Origin: Actinomycetota bacterium
Lineage (GTDB): Bacteria; Actinomycetota; Acidimicrobiia; Spongiisociales; UBA5794
DNA: 64,000 nucleotides
Direction of reading: 5' to 3'
NCBI GenBank assembly: GCA_013151445.1
Contig: JAADIG010000137.1
Location: forward strand, 18,424 to 82,423
This document shows positions 48,814-59,251 of the stretch, piece by piece (positions within the stretch are counted from its first letter, which is position 1; every line of letters begins with the position of its first letter). The notes beneath the pieces were generated by a model. It searched no databases, had not been told where the DNA came from, and saw nothing but the letters and a program-made list of their open reading frames with translations. A program made the translations under genes and the position numbers.

Positions 48814-50012
48814 TCGAAGCATTCGTTTGTGACGCCGTGAGAACACCGATCGGGCGTTTTGGTGGTGCGTTGTCCGGGGTACGCCCCGACGACCTCCTCG
48901 CACACGTTATGGCAACCGTGATGGAGCGGAATCCGGCGGCCCAGTGGGACACAACAGATGACGTGTTCATGGGTGCAGCGAACCAGGCGGGCGAGGACAA
49001 CCGCAACGTTGCGCGGATGGCAATCCTGCTTTCCGGCATGTCGACCGACGTTCCCGGTTCGACCATCAATCGACTGTGCGGATCGGGTATGGAGGCGATC
49101 GGTCTTGCGGCCCGAACGATCAAATCAGGTGAGGGACACCTGCTACTCGCCGGTGGGGTTGAGTCGATGAGTCGGGCGCCGAAGGTCATGCCCAAGGCAG
49201 ATACGGCGTTTAGCCGGGCAACCGAAATGTATGACACGACGATCGGGTGGCGGTTCGTCAACAAAAGACTGTCCGAGCGTTTCGGTCGCGATGAGATGCC
49301 GTCAACGGCGGAGAACGTTGCGAAGGAGTTCACCGTTTCGCGCGCCGATCAGGATGCGTTTAGCGCACGGTCCCAGGAGCGGACCGCGGTCGCGATGGAC
49401 TCGGGGCGGCTAGCTCGCGAGATCGTGCCCGTCGAGGTCCCGCAGCGTCGCGGCGACCCGGTGATCGTGGAACAAGATGAACATCCGCGCCCGGGTACGA
49501 CGGTCGAGAGGCTGGCTGGTCTGCGCACAATCTTTGAGGGCGGCACCATCACGCCGGGTAACGCGTCGGGAATCAACGACGGTGCCGCAGCAACGATCGT
49601 GGCTTCCGTTGACGGTGTGCGCCGCCACGCACTGACCCCGAGGGCTCGCATCGTTGGTATGGCCACTGCCGGGGTGCCGCCACGCATCATGGGCATGGGT
49701 CCGGTCCCGGCGACCCGGAAGGTACTAGATCTGGTTGGTCTCAAGCTGGCCGACATGGCCGTGATCGAACTCAACGAGGCCTTTGCGGCTCAGGCGTTAG
49801 CGGTGGTGCGCGAGCTCGGTCTGCCCGATGACGCCGAACATGTCAATCCGAACGGGGGAGCCATTGCACTCGGACACCCCCTCGGCATGACGGGAGCCCG
49901 GCTGGTGAACACACTCGTTGAGGAGCTCCACGTACGCGACGAACGGTTTGGTCTCGCAACGATGTGCATCGGTGTGGGACAGGGGATCGCAATGGTTTTG
50001 GAAAAGGTTTGA
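48810..50012 (+). CDS. paaJ: 3-oxoadipyl-CoA thiolase (PaaJ/PcaF)
   Basis: ANQAGEDNRNVARM, NRLCGSG, NEAFA, GHPLG, MCIGVGQG. Confidence 0.9.
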   Translation: MIEAFVCDAVRTPIGRFGGALSGVRPDDLLAHVMATVMERNPAAQWDTTDDVFMGAANQAGEDNRNVARMAILLSGMSTDVPGSTINRLCGSGMEAIGLAARTIKSGEGHLLLAGGVESMSRAPKVMPKADTAFSRATEMYDTTIGWRFVNKRLSERFGRDEMPSTAENVAKEFTVSRADQDAFSARSQERTAVAMDSGRLAREIVPVEVPQRRGDPVIVEQDEHPRPGTTVERLAGLRTIFEGGTITPGNASGINDGAAATIVASVDGVRRHALTPRARIVGMATAGVPPRIMGMGPVPATRKVLDLVGLKLADMAVIELNEAFAAQALAVVRELGLPDDAEHVNPNGGAIALGHPLGMTGARLVNTLVEELHVRDERFGLATMCIGVGQGIAMVLEKV

Positions 50013-50022
50013 GGAGAAACAC

Positions 50023-51690
50023 ATGACGACAGAAGCGCTTGTCGATGCTCATAAGTCGACGCTGGACAAGGCACTGGAAGCCATCAAGACACGCGAATAC
50101 TGGAGCCCCTATCCCGAATCACCACGGGCCTATGGGGAGGACGCACCGGCTCTTGGCGAGGCCGCCTTCAAGGCGCGTCTCGGCAGGCCGTTCGAACTGG
50201 ATCAGCCTTGCGCGGGCATGATGGAAGTCGCCGAATCTTCGCCGTATGGCATCGAGCTTGGAGTGACGTATCCGCGACCCGATGTTGATCGGCTTGTTGA
50301 GCTTGCCCGTGACGCGATGAAGACGTGGGGCCGCGCATCGGCCGAGACACGTGCCGCGGTGTGTCTTGAGATCCTGGATCGCCTTTCGAAGCAGAGCTTC
50401 GAGATGGCCTACGCCGTGATGCACACGACCGGTCAGGCCTTCATGATGGCCTTCCAGGCCGGTGGACCACATGCCCTCGACCGTGCGCTTGAGGCGGTTG
50501 CCTACGGATATCGCGAAACGACCCGGGTTCCGGTCGCGATGCGTTGGGAGAAACCCCAGGGCAAACGGGATCCACTCATCATCGATAAGGAATGGCATGT
50601 CCGTCCCCAGGGCGTCGAGGTCACGATCGGGGTCTCGACATTCCCGACATGGAACGGGTATCCGGGGATCATGGCGAGCCTGGTGACCGGCAACGCATCG
50701 ATCATCAAGCCACACCCGGGGACGATCCTGCCGCTGGCGATCTTTGTCGAAACCGCACGTGCGGTCATCGCGGAGGCCGGGTTCGACGCCAACCTTGTGA
50801 CCCTGGCGGTCGACACTCCGGATGCACCGATCGGTAAGGATCTCGTGCTCAACGATGCCGTCAGGCTGGTCGATTTCACCGGTGGGTCGGCGTTTGGGAA
50901 CTGGCTTGAGGCCAATGTGCCCCAGGCTCAGGTATTCACCGAGAAGTCCGGCGTGAACTCGGTCATCATTGATTCCGTGCCGGATCTCAAGGGAATCATG
51001 CGCAACCTCACGGTGTCCACGTCGCTGTACTCCGGCCAGATGTGCACCACGCCCCAGAACATTTTCATTCCCCGTGACGGGATCGACGTCGGTGGTGAGC
51101 ATGTCAGTTTCGATGACGTGGTCAGGGCGTACACGAGTGGACTTGAGGGATTGCTCGGTGACGATGACAGAGCCAGCGACATTCTCGGAGCGATCAAGGG
51201 TGCCGACACACTGGCGCGTATCGAAAGTGCCGCTTCAAGTGGTGAGGTACTGCTCGAGTCGCGCACCGTCGTGAATCCCACTTTTGCGGATGCGACCGTC
51301 AGGACACCTGTCGTGATCTCTGTCGACGCTGGCGACGAGGACATCTATATGCGGGAGATGTTTGGCCCCGTGATCTATGTGGTTGCAACCGATTCGACCG
51401 AACACTCTCTGCAACTCGCTCGCGAATCGGCGAGCACCCACGGTGCTCTCACGTGGTTGGTTTACACGACCGACGAAGAGGTCTCTCGCCGTGCGGTGGA
51501 CAGTGCGGTCGAGGCCGGGGTATCGGTCGCGTTCAATCTCTTTGGTGGGTTGTACGTCAACCTGTCGGCAGCGTTTAGCGACTTTCATGTCACCGGTGCC
51601 AATCCTGCTGGAAACGCATCGCTCACAGACCCGGCATTTGTGGCAAATAGGTTCCGACTAGTTGGGGTAAGAAAGTCCGTTCTTTCGTGA
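50023..51690 (+). CDS. paaN: Phenylacetate degradation aldehyde dehydrogenase-like protein PaaN
   Basis: TTGQAFMMAFQAGGPHA, TFPTWNGYPG, EKSGVN, YSGQMCT, AFSDFH.TGANPA; RBS GAGGAG. Confidence 0.88.
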   Translation: MTTEALVDAHKSTLDKALEAIKTREYWSPYPESPRAYGEDAPALGEAAFKARLGRPFELDQPCAGMMEVAESSPYGIELGVTYPRPDVDRLVELARDAMKTWGRASAETRAAVCLEILDRLSKQSFEMAYAVMHTTGQAFMMAFQAGGPHALDRALEAVAYGYRETTRVPVAMRWEKPQGKRDPLIIDKEWHVRPQGVEVTIGVSTFPTWNGYPGIMASLVTGNASIIKPHPGTILPLAIFVETARAVIAEAGFDANLVTLAVDTPDAPIGKDLVLNDAVRLVDFTGGSAFGNWLEANVPQAQVFTEKSGVNSVIIDSVPDLKGIMRNLTVSTSLYSGQMCTTPQNIFIPRDGIDVGGEHVSFDDVVRAYTSGLEGLLGDDDRASDILGAIKGADTLARIESAASSGEVLLESRTVVNPTFADATVRTPVVISVDAGDEDIYMREMFGPVIYVVATDSTEHSLQLARESASTHGALTWLVYTTDEEVSRRAVDSAVEAGVSVAFNLFGGLYVNLSAAFSDFHVTGANPAGNASLTDPAFVANRFRLVGVRKSVLS

Positions 51691-51846
51691 ACCGAGACAT
51701 GTCCGTATGACAACTGTCCCCGCGATTCTCTAGGGTGAACCGAGTTCTTACGGATCGCAACCCCATATATGGGATCGAATAAGGGAGTTCAAGCTGGAGG
51801 TCAACGTCATGCCACTTCGTGGCTCCGTTGGATATAGAGAGGTCCT

Positions 51847-53718
51847 ATGACGGCGACAATGGACCGACCGTCGGCACCGAGCACTGGCTCGGGGTACCTG
51901 ACGGTCGCATCTCGTGCGCGCGATTGGGCGGCTACGTCGCCCGACCTGGTCGCGATGCGCGACAAAGATTTTGGAATCTGGCAGGAGAGAACCTGGGGAA
52001 GACTGTGGGATGAAGTCCTCACCGCGGCTCATGCACTGCTCGACATCGGTGTGTCCGTGGGTGATGTCGTTTCTATTCACTCCGAGGACCGGCCAGAGTG
52101 GATCGTTCTTGACCTGGCCACGGTTGCGATCCGGGGTATTACGACAGGTCTCTATCCGACAAACCCGATGGCTGAAGTCATCTATCTCGTCAACGACTCC
52201 GGCGCTGCGGTGCATTTTGCCGAGGATCAGGAGCAGATTGACAAGGTCCTGGAGGCAGAGCCCGGCTCATTCCCGCTGATCAAGAAGCTTCTCTACGTCG
52301 AACCGCGCGGTGTGCGTAACTATGACGATGACCGTCTCGAGTTCTGGGACGACTTCATGGAGCGCGGACGTGCCCACCGTGCCGCCAACGAAGGTGCCGT
52401 TGAAGCGTTGATGGCCCAAGCCGAGGCCGAGGATGTGATGACTCTCGTATACACGTCGGGGACGACGGGTCCGCCAAAGGGCGCCATGTTGACCAACGCC
52501 AACGCCGAGTTCGCCATCACAAAGATCGTACGAGCCCCGAACCGGACAGCCGACGGGAAGGCACCGGGAACCCATGACCAGGTGCTCACCTACCTGCCGC
52601 TGTGTCACGTCGCGGAGCGCATCTTTTCCACATGGACGATGGTTGGCACGGGCTGTGTCTTGAACTTCGCCGAGTCAATCGAAACCGTGCAGGTGAACCT
52701 GCGCGAGGTCCAGCCGACGTTGTTCTTTGCGGTGCCGCGCATCTGGGAGAAGATCCACGCCACTGTCCTCATCAAGATGTCCGACGCAACATGGTTTAAG
52801 AAGATCATCGGTGCGGGTGCGATGCGTCTCGCTACGTTCATTGGCCGCGAACGTGTCAACAACGGCGGGAACCATACGTTCAAGAGTCGAATCGCCTATG
52901 CGATCGGCGACCCGTTGGTGTTCCGGGCATTGAAGGAACGCATCGGAATGCGCCGCTGTCGCTGGGCGGGCTCCGGTGCGGCTGCGATCGCACCGGAGGT
53001 CCTCGAGTTCTTTATGGGTCTCGGGATTCCCGTGTACGAGTTGTACGGCATGACGGAGAATGCTGCGGTCGCGACGTTGAACTTCCACGGCCGAGTCAAG
53101 CTTGGCACCGTCGGCGAGCCGTATCCGGAGATCGGTTTACGCCTCGACGAGGAAACGGGTGAGATTCAGACCAAACATGGCGGGGTGTTCAAGGGTTACT
53201 GGAAGAAACCCGAGGCGACCGCGGAGACGTTCACCGACGACGGATGGTTGAAGACCGGCGATGTCGGCGAGTGGGTGGACGGCACCCATCTCAAGATCAT
53301 TGATCGCATCAAGCACATCATCATCACTTCGGGTGGTAAGAATATTTCGCCGTCGGAGATCGAGAACTCTCTCAAGGCCTCCCCGTTCGTGAAGGAGGCG
53401 ATGGTGATAGGAGACGGACGCAAGTACCTCTGCGCCCTGATCGGGATCGAGTTCGACACTGTCGGCAACTGGGCCCTGCGCCGGGAGATCACGTACACGA
53501 CGTACCGAGACCTGTCCGAGAAACCCGAAGTACTCGAACTCATCCAGGGAATCGTCAACAAAACCAACGAAAAATTCTCCAGAGTTGAGGGGATCAAGAA
53601 GTTCAGGATGATCCCCAAGGAGCTCGACCACGAGGATGGCGAGCTGACCGCCACCCAGAAGATCAAACGATCCGCCATGGTCGACATGTTCTCCGATCTC
53701 GTGGAGGAAATGTACTAA
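51847..53718 (+). CDS. Long-chain acyl-CoA synthetase (AMP-binding)
   Basis: YTSGTTGPPKG, YLPLCHVAER, YGMTE, TGDVG, GGKNISP, TQKIKR. Confidence 0.92.
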   Translation: MTATMDRPSAPSTGSGYLTVASRARDWAATSPDLVAMRDKDFGIWQERTWGRLWDEVLTAAHALLDIGVSVGDVVSIHSEDRPEWIVLDLATVAIRGITTGLYPTNPMAEVIYLVNDSGAAVHFAEDQEQIDKVLEAEPGSFPLIKKLLYVEPRGVRNYDDDRLEFWDDFMERGRAHRAANEGAVEALMAQAEAEDVMTLVYTSGTTGPPKGAMLTNANAEFAITKIVRAPNRTADGKAPGTHDQVLTYLPLCHVAERIFSTWTMVGTGCVLNFAESIETVQVNLREVQPTLFFAVPRIWEKIHATVLIKMSDATWFKKIIGAGAMRLATFIGRERVNNGGNHTFKSRIAYAIGDPLVFRALKERIGMRRCRWAGSGAAAIAPEVLEFFMGLGIPVYELYGMTENAAVATLNFHGRVKLGTVGEPYPEIGLRLDEETGEIQTKHGGVFKGYWKKPEATAETFTDDGWLKTGDVGEWVDGTHLKIIDRIKHIIITSGGKNISPSEIENSLKASPFVKEAMVIGDGRKYLCALIGIEFDTVGNWALRREITYTTYRDLSEKPEVLELIQGIVNKTNEKFSRVEGIKKFRMIPKELDHEDGELTATQKIKRSAMVDMFSDLVEEMY

Positions 53719-54698
53719 TGCTCAGTGTTCCGTTGATCGCCCAAGTGGGCGGGACTTCGCTCGAAACCTTCATCACGAAGACGATTGATGGTTTGGCGCT
53801 TGGGGCTATCTACGCCCTCCTAGCCCTCGGGTTTGTGATCATCTTCAAGGCAACCCAGGTGCTCACGTTTGCCCATGGTGCGGTGTCTGCAATGGGCGCC
53901 TATTTGGTTTCCTACTTTGCGGTGACCCTCAACGTTCCGGGTCGGTGGATGGGGGACCTTCCGGTGACGCTGCAGTTCGCTTTGTCGGCGGTTCTTGCGG
54001 TCCTCCTCGCCGCAGCTATCGGCATGGCGATCGAGCGGGTCTTCATCAGGCCGATGATCGGTGAACCCCTGTTCTCGATCGTCATGATCACCATCGGCCT
54101 CGATATTGTGATCAGAACCATCGTTGGCGACTACATCGGGCAGGGCAACACGGTGAGCACCGGCGCACCATGGGGTTTCCTATCCCAGTGGAGGATCGGT
54201 GGTGTGATCATCCAGCATGCCCAGGTCGCCACCATTATCGTTGCGGTCATCACTGTTGCGGTGCTCATGTGGTTCTTCAAGACCCGGATCGGTATTGCGA
54301 TGCGAGCAACGGCCTTCGATCAGGAAGCCGCGATGGCTCAGGGCATCAGCGCCGGGAAGATCTTCGCCCTGGCCTGGGGTATCGGCGCCGCACTCGCAGT
54401 TATTGGCGGAATCTTCGCAGCCGTGCCCCCACGGGCTCTGGGAGTGTCGGCGGGGACAGCATTTTTCGCACTTCGTGCATTTCCGGCAATCGTCATCGGC
54501 GGTCTTGACTCCATCAAGGGAGCCGTCGTCGGTGGGTTTATCGTCGGGATGGCCGAAGTGATGGCGGGTCATTACTTATCAAGTGTGACTGCCCTGGGTA
54601 TCGGGTTTAATACCGTCGTACCGTACCTTGTGATGATGGCGGTGCTACTGGTTCGACCCCACGGACTGTACGGAACAGTGGAGATTCGACGAGTATGA
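53718..54698 (+). CDS. LivH-like ABC permease
   Basis: GAIYALLALG, FAHG, GIAMRA, IGGLDS, RPHGLYG. Confidence 0.9.
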   Translation: MLSVPLIAQVGGTSLETFITKTIDGLALGAIYALLALGFVIIFKATQVLTFAHGAVSAMGAYLVSYFAVTLNVPGRWMGDLPVTLQFALSAVLAVLLAAAIGMAIERVFIRPMIGEPLFSIVMITIGLDIVIRTIVGDYIGQGNTVSTGAPWGFLSQWRIGGVIIQHAQVATIIVAVITVAVLMWFFKTRIGIAMRATAFDQEAAMAQGISAGKIFALAWGIGAALAVIGGIFAAVPPRALGVSAGTAFFALRAFPAIVIGGLDSIKGAVVGGFIVGMAEVMAGHYLSSVTALGIGFNTVVPYLVMMAVLLVRPHGLYGTVEIRRV

Positions 54699-55921
54699 GA
54701 GGCCGCCCGAACTTTTTCGCATCGTACGAGGCCGAGCAGGGTCTGCTGCCGACGACTACCAAGAAGATCTTCGCCGTTCTTGTGTTGATCGCAGCGATTT
54801 CGATCCCGTTCGAAGTGTTCCCGATTCTCGACAAGTTTGCGGAGCCGGCATGGCTGGTGCTGTTTAACCGTTCGTTGATTTTCCTGATCGCCGCGTTGGG
54901 GCTCAACATCCTGACGGGCCTTGCGGGGCAGGTGTCGCTCGGTCACGCGTTCTTTATGGGTCTTGGTGCCTACACCGCAGTTGTGTTGGGCGGCTCGGCG
55001 GAGGGTCTTTGGGGGCTTGGCCTCCCGATCTGGATCTGGTTGCCGATGGCGGGAGTTGTGCCCGCACTTGTCGGCATCCTTGTTGCCCCGACCGCGGTTC
55101 GCGTGCGTGGGTTGTACCTCGCAATCGTGACACTCGGTCTCGTGTTCATCGGCGAACATATCTTCCGCAACGCAAATTCCATCGCTGGCGCCCCCGAGGT
55201 CGGCCGTGAATGGCCGCGGCTCACCTTCCGTATCTGGAAGGAGGAGAATCCGCTCATCGACTTCTCGAGAGATGGGCAGTGGTTCGGGGTTTCGCTCTCC
55301 GGCGAAGCAAAGACATTCTTCTTCCTGCTCGTTGTCGCTTTGGTTTTTGTTGTTCTTGCGAAGAACCTCAGCCGGACTCGAATCGGGCGGGCGTTCGCCG
55401 CGATCCGTGACCGGGATGTGGCCGCCGAGGTGATGGGGGTGGGAGAGTTTCGTGCAAAGACTCAGGCCTTTGCGATCTCGTCGTTCTATGCGGGCATTTC
55501 AGGTGCCCTCTTCGGCGTCGTTGTCGGCCGTCTCATCCCGGAGACGTGGAACCTCTTCCTTTCGGTCCAGTTTGTCGCCATCGTCTTGATCGGCGGGGCC
55601 GGTACGGTTGCGGGCAGCGTGATGGGTTCGTTCTTTGTGGTGATGATGCCTCGGATGGTGGAGAACGTGACGCGATTCCTCAGTGAGCAGGCAGTCGGTG
55701 ACGGTCCGGTCTCTGCGATCGCCGACGTGGTCATATCGGTTAACGGAGATTTTGGAATCGTCTCGCTCGAGGCGCAGGGTCCGGGTCTCAGTATTTTCCA
55801 ACTCAATCAGGTTATCTACGGTCTTTTGATAGCAGTGTTCCTAATATCGGAGCCACTAGGGCTCTTCGGTGTCTGGATCCGTATCAGAAACTACTGGAAG
55901 AGTTGGCCGTTCACGTATTAG
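54695..55921 (+). CDS. LivM-like ABC permease
   Basis: GLNILTGLAGQVSLGH, GLYLAIVTL, GRAFAAIRD, EPLGL. Confidence 0.9.
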   Translation: MRGRPNFFASYEAEQGLLPTTTKKIFAVLVLIAAISIPFEVFPILDKFAEPAWLVLFNRSLIFLIAALGLNILTGLAGQVSLGHAFFMGLGAYTAVVLGGSAEGLWGLGLPIWIWLPMAGVVPALVGILVAPTAVRVRGLYLAIVTLGLVFIGEHIFRNANSIAGAPEVGREWPRLTFRIWKEENPLIDFSRDGQWFGVSLSGEAKTFFFLLVVALVFVVLAKNLSRTRIGRAFAAIRDRDVAAEVMGVGEFRAKTQAFAISSFYAGISGALFGVVVGRLIPETWNLFLSVQFVAIVLIGGAGTVAGSVMGSFFVVMMPRMVENVTRFLSEQAVGDGPVSAIADVVISVNGDFGIVSLEAQGPGLSIFQLNQVIYGLLIAVFLISEPLGLFGVWIRIRNYWKSWPFTY

Positions 55922-56011
55922 TGAAACGGCAATAGGTCAGGCCGCCCGATGTTTTTCACCGGGCGGCATGGAAAGAAAACGAAACAAACGAAACAAGAAA
56001 TGGGAGGTTGG

Positions 56012-57469
56012 ATGCACCTCAAGAAAAAAATGGTCGTCTTCGTTTTTGTCTTCGCGATGATTGCCGCCGCATGCGGCGGTAGTACTGCGACAACAACGAC
56101 GGCTGCACCGGGTGGCGGTGGAGACACCACCACGACGGCGCCGCCGGCGACAACAACAACAACGTCTGGTCCGACCACAACAGTGGCCCCTCCAGCAGAA
56201 GAAATTAAGATGGACCTCGGTGTCACTGACACTGAGATCAGGATTGGCTTGCTGGCCGACCTTACCGGTCCTTTCGCTGGTCTGACTGTTGACATCGTCG
56301 ACGCTCAGGTCGCGTACTGGGAAGATGTCGTAAATGCGAACGGTGGTATTGCCGGACGCATGGTGGTTCCCGTCATTGAGGACACCGCCTACGACGTTGT
56401 CCAGCACGGCGAGAAGTACACCAAGATCGTTGATCAGGTAGTTGCGTTCTCGAACTCAACCGGTTCGCCGCACACTGCCTCAATCCTTGAGAAGCTCAAG
56501 GAAGACAACATCTTGGCGATTCCGCTGAGCTGGTACTCCGGTTGGGCAGATCCGTCTTACGATGGCGGGCTGACCTTCGAGCAGGGTACGAACTACTGTC
56601 TCGAAGCGATGAACGTCGTTCAGTGGCTGGCCGAAAAGCACGAAGCGGAAACCGGCAACAAGCCGACGATCGCCATCGTGACCCGTGCCGGTGACTACGG
56701 ACAGGATGCCGCTGCCGGCGCCAAGTACGCAGCCGCCGAGTTGGGCCTCGATGTTGTGTACGACGGTGAAGGCACCATCGTGCGTGGACAGGACAAGACC
56801 CCGATCATTTCAGCCATCCTGGGTGCAAACCCGGACTGGGTCTGGATCACCGCAGCTCCTTCGGAGACTGGTGAGATCATGGGTGGTGCGGTTTCTCAGG
56901 GCTTCACCGGTCAATGGACAGGCTCCGTGCCTTCCTACGACTTCCGTATGCTCGATTCGGCATTGGCTCCTGCTTTGCAGGGCTTCTACTGGCAGACGGC
57001 ATACAACGTGACCTGGGGTACCGACGTGCCGGGCATGCAGCAGATCTCTGAAGTTCTGACTGCCCGTTACCCGGACCGCCGTCCGTCCGATGCCTTCGTC
57101 ATCGGTTGGAACGAGGCCGTGTCCATGGAGCAGATCCTTCGTACTGCCGCCGCTAACGGCGATCTCACCCGTCAGGGTGTTATCGACGCGGCGAACAGCA
57201 TCGATACGATTGCGTTCAATGGAACAGGTCCTGACTTCAACTACAAGGGTGAACCGAACGACTATGTCGTTCGCGAGATCTACATCCTGAAGCCGAACGC
57301 GGAGCGGTACGCCGCTGCGGGTGGAGCAGATCAGAAGTTGTCCGATGGTCTCGGAACCACTGGTTCCGACCTGGTTGAGGGTCCATTCACTGGGTCCCTT
57401 GCTGCCAACTTCAACTTCACCGGCGCATGCTGGACCGAAGCTGCTGGCAACACAATCGGAAACGGTTAA
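56012..57469 (+). CDS. Liv-type ABC substrate-binding lipoprotein
   Basis: Lipobox IAAAC, Thr-rich linker, GVTDTEIRIG, NANGGIAGR, DTAY; ATG 56012 after GGAGG. Confidence 0.88.
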   Translation: MHLKKKMVVFVFVFAMIAAACGGSTATTTTAAPGGGGDTTTTAPPATTTTTSGPTTTVAPPAEEIKMDLGVTDTEIRIGLLADLTGPFAGLTVDIVDAQVAYWEDVVNANGGIAGRMVVPVIEDTAYDVVQHGEKYTKIVDQVVAFSNSTGSPHTASILEKLKEDNILAIPLSWYSGWADPSYDGGLTFEQGTNYCLEAMNVVQWLAEKHEAETGNKPTIAIVTRAGDYGQDAAAGAKYAAAELGLDVVYDGEGTIVRGQDKTPIISAILGANPDWVWITAAPSETGEIMGGAVSQGFTGQWTGSVPSYDFRMLDSALAPALQGFYWQTAYNVTWGTDVPGMQQISEVLTARYPDRRPSDAFVIGWNEAVSMEQILRTAAANGDLTRQGVIDAANSIDTIAFNGTGPDFNYKGEPNDYVVREIYILKPNAERYAAAGGADQKLSDGLGTTGSDLVEGPFTGSLAANFNFTGACWTEAAGNTIGNG

Positions 57470-57484
57470 CGACTCACTGAGTTC

Positions 57485-57514
57485 GTGGGGGGTGCGACGT
57501 GTCGCACCCCCCAC
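57485..57514 (+). other. Intercistronic hairpin after the binding-protein gene
   Basis: GTGGGGGGTGCGAC-GT-GTCGCACCCCCCAC; typical 3' stabiliser giving excess binding-protein mRNA. Confidence 0.6.
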
Positions 57515-57541
57515 TTCTCACGAACAAGGAACACCCTCGAG

Positions 57542-58333
57542 ATGCTCGAAGTCGCCAACCTAGAAGTCGTCTACAACGACGTCGTGCTTGTCCTGCGTGG
57601 CATCTCCATTGTGGTGCCCGAGGGGAAGATCGTGGCGTTGCTCGGTGCCAATGGTGCCGGCAAGACAACGACGATTCGTGCGATCACGGGTTTGCTCGAT
57701 GTGCATGAGGGTGACATCACAAAGGGCCGTATCTCGTGGAAGGGTAAGGCGATCGAGAAGATGGACCCGGCAGCGATTGTGCGGTCCGGTATCACCCAGG
57801 TCCTTGAGGGTCGTCGCGTTTTCGCCGAGATGACGGTCGATGAAAACCTCAAGACCGGTGCGTTCACGAGCAAGAGCAAGGCTGCCGAAGCCGCGGCGTA
57901 TGACCGTGTCATGACCATGTTCCCGATCCTGGCCGACCGCCGCTCATCGATATCCGGCTACTTGTCGGGTGGTGAACAACAAATGTTGGCGATGGGTCGT
58001 GCGCTCATGGCCGACCCCGAACTGCTGATCCTCGACGAACCCTCGCTGGGTCTTGCGCCCAAGCTGGTGCAGCAGGTGAAGGAGATCATCGTCGAAATCA
58101 ACAAACAAGGCACGGGTGTCCTGCTGATCGAGCAGAACGCCAACATGGCGCTCTCGATTGCGAGCCATGGATACATCATGGAGACCGGCAAGGTCGTCAT
58201 GGACGGTGCCTCGGAGAAACTCCTCGGCGACGAAGACGTGCAGGAGTTCTACCTCGGTTTGCATGGCTCCGGGGAACGCAAATCTTTCAAAGACATTAAG
58301 CACTACAAGCGGAGGAAGCGGTGGTTGTCGTGA
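57542..58333 (+). CDS. LivF-like ABC ATPase
   Basis: GANGAGKT, LSGGEQQM, LDEPSLGLAP, EQN, C-terminal KHYKRRKRW. Confidence 0.92.
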   Translation: MLEVANLEVVYNDVVLVLRGISIVVPEGKIVALLGANGAGKTTTIRAITGLLDVHEGDITKGRISWKGKAIEKMDPAAIVRSGITQVLEGRRVFAEMTVDENLKTGAFTSKSKAAEAAAYDRVMTMFPILADRRSSISGYLSGGEQQMLAMGRALMADPELLILDEPSLGLAPKLVQQVKEIIVEINKQGTGVLLIEQNANMALSIASHGYIMETGKVVMDGASEKLLGDEDVQEFYLGLHGSGERKSFKDIKHYKRRKRWLS

Positions 58334-59106
58334 GCGAGCCGCTACTCGAATTCGAAGAAGTCAGCCTTTCGTTCAAGGGTGTCAAGGCACTCTCGGGTGT
58401 CAGCTTTGATGTCCGTGAGGGCGAGCTGTTCGCCATTATCGGACCGAACGGGGCGGGAAAGACCTCGGCATTTAACTGCATGAACGGCGTGTACAAACCC
58501 CAGGAGGGTGACATCCGCTGGAAGGGTGAATCGATCCTGGGCCGTCGCCCCGATCGCATCGCCGAACTCGGTATTGCCCGGACGTTCCAGAACATTGAGT
58601 TGTTTGCCCATATGACGGTGCTCCAAAACCTTCTGCTGGGGCGCCATATTCGCACCGATGTTGGGTGGTTCTCCGGGTCGTTCTGGACCAAGAAGGCCCG
58701 TCAGGAAGAGATGGACAATCGTGACAAGGTCGAGGACATCATCGACCTCCTGGAGATTGAGTCCTGGCGTCAGTATCCGGTGGCACTGTTGCCGTACGGG
58801 ATCCAGAAACGTGTAGAACTGGGTCGGGCACTCGCCATGGAACCCGAACTGCTACTGCTCGACGAGCCGGTGGCGGGCATGAACCTCGAAGAGACTGAGG
58901 ACATGGCCCGCTTTGTGCTGGACATTCGTGAAGAGCTGGGTATTGCAATCATTCTTGTCGAGCATGACATGGGTCTCGTGATGGACATCGCCGACCGGAT
59001 TCTCGTGCTCGACTTTGGTACGCCGATCGCGATCGGTGTCCCCGCCGATGTGCAGCGTGACCCCGAGGTTATCAAGGCATACCTCGGCGAAGACGTAGAC
59101 GCCTAA
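58330..59106 (+). CDS. LivG-like ABC ATPase
   Basis: GPNGAGKT, RTFQN, LPYGIQKRVE, LDEPVAG, EHDM, AYLG; GTGA overlap. Confidence 0.92.
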   Translation: MSEPLLEFEEVSLSFKGVKALSGVSFDVREGELFAIIGPNGAGKTSAFNCMNGVYKPQEGDIRWKGESILGRRPDRIAELGIARTFQNIELFAHMTVLQNLLLGRHIRTDVGWFSGSFWTKKARQEEMDNRDKVEDIIDLLEIESWRQYPVALLPYGIQKRVELGRALAMEPELLLLDEPVAGMNLEETEDMARFVLDIREELGIAIILVEHDMGLVMDIADRILVLDFGTPIAIGVPADVQRDPEVIKAYLGEDVDA

Positions 59107-59123
59107 CCTCCCCAACTCTCCTC

Positions 59124-59171
59124 CTTTTGGCGTCCAAAAACGCATAATGCTGCGTTCTCGGACGCCAAAAC
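59124..59171. repeat. Intergenic palindromic repeat family, copy C
   Basis: CTTTTGGCGTCCAAAAACGCA-TAATGC-TGCGTTCTCGGACGCCAAAAC, 48 nt. Confidence 0.75.
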
Positions 59172-59251
59172 ACCTGTATGTGGGGTGTCGGGGAACTAAT
59201 CTTGGTGACACGGTCGTCGTATCGGCGCCCAACTTCCGAATTGGGGATGAT

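Noticed and set aside
56080-56190. ACA/ACG-rich repeats here and near 59380-59475 and 61545-61620
   Set aside because: They encode ordinary Thr-rich lipoprotein linkers.
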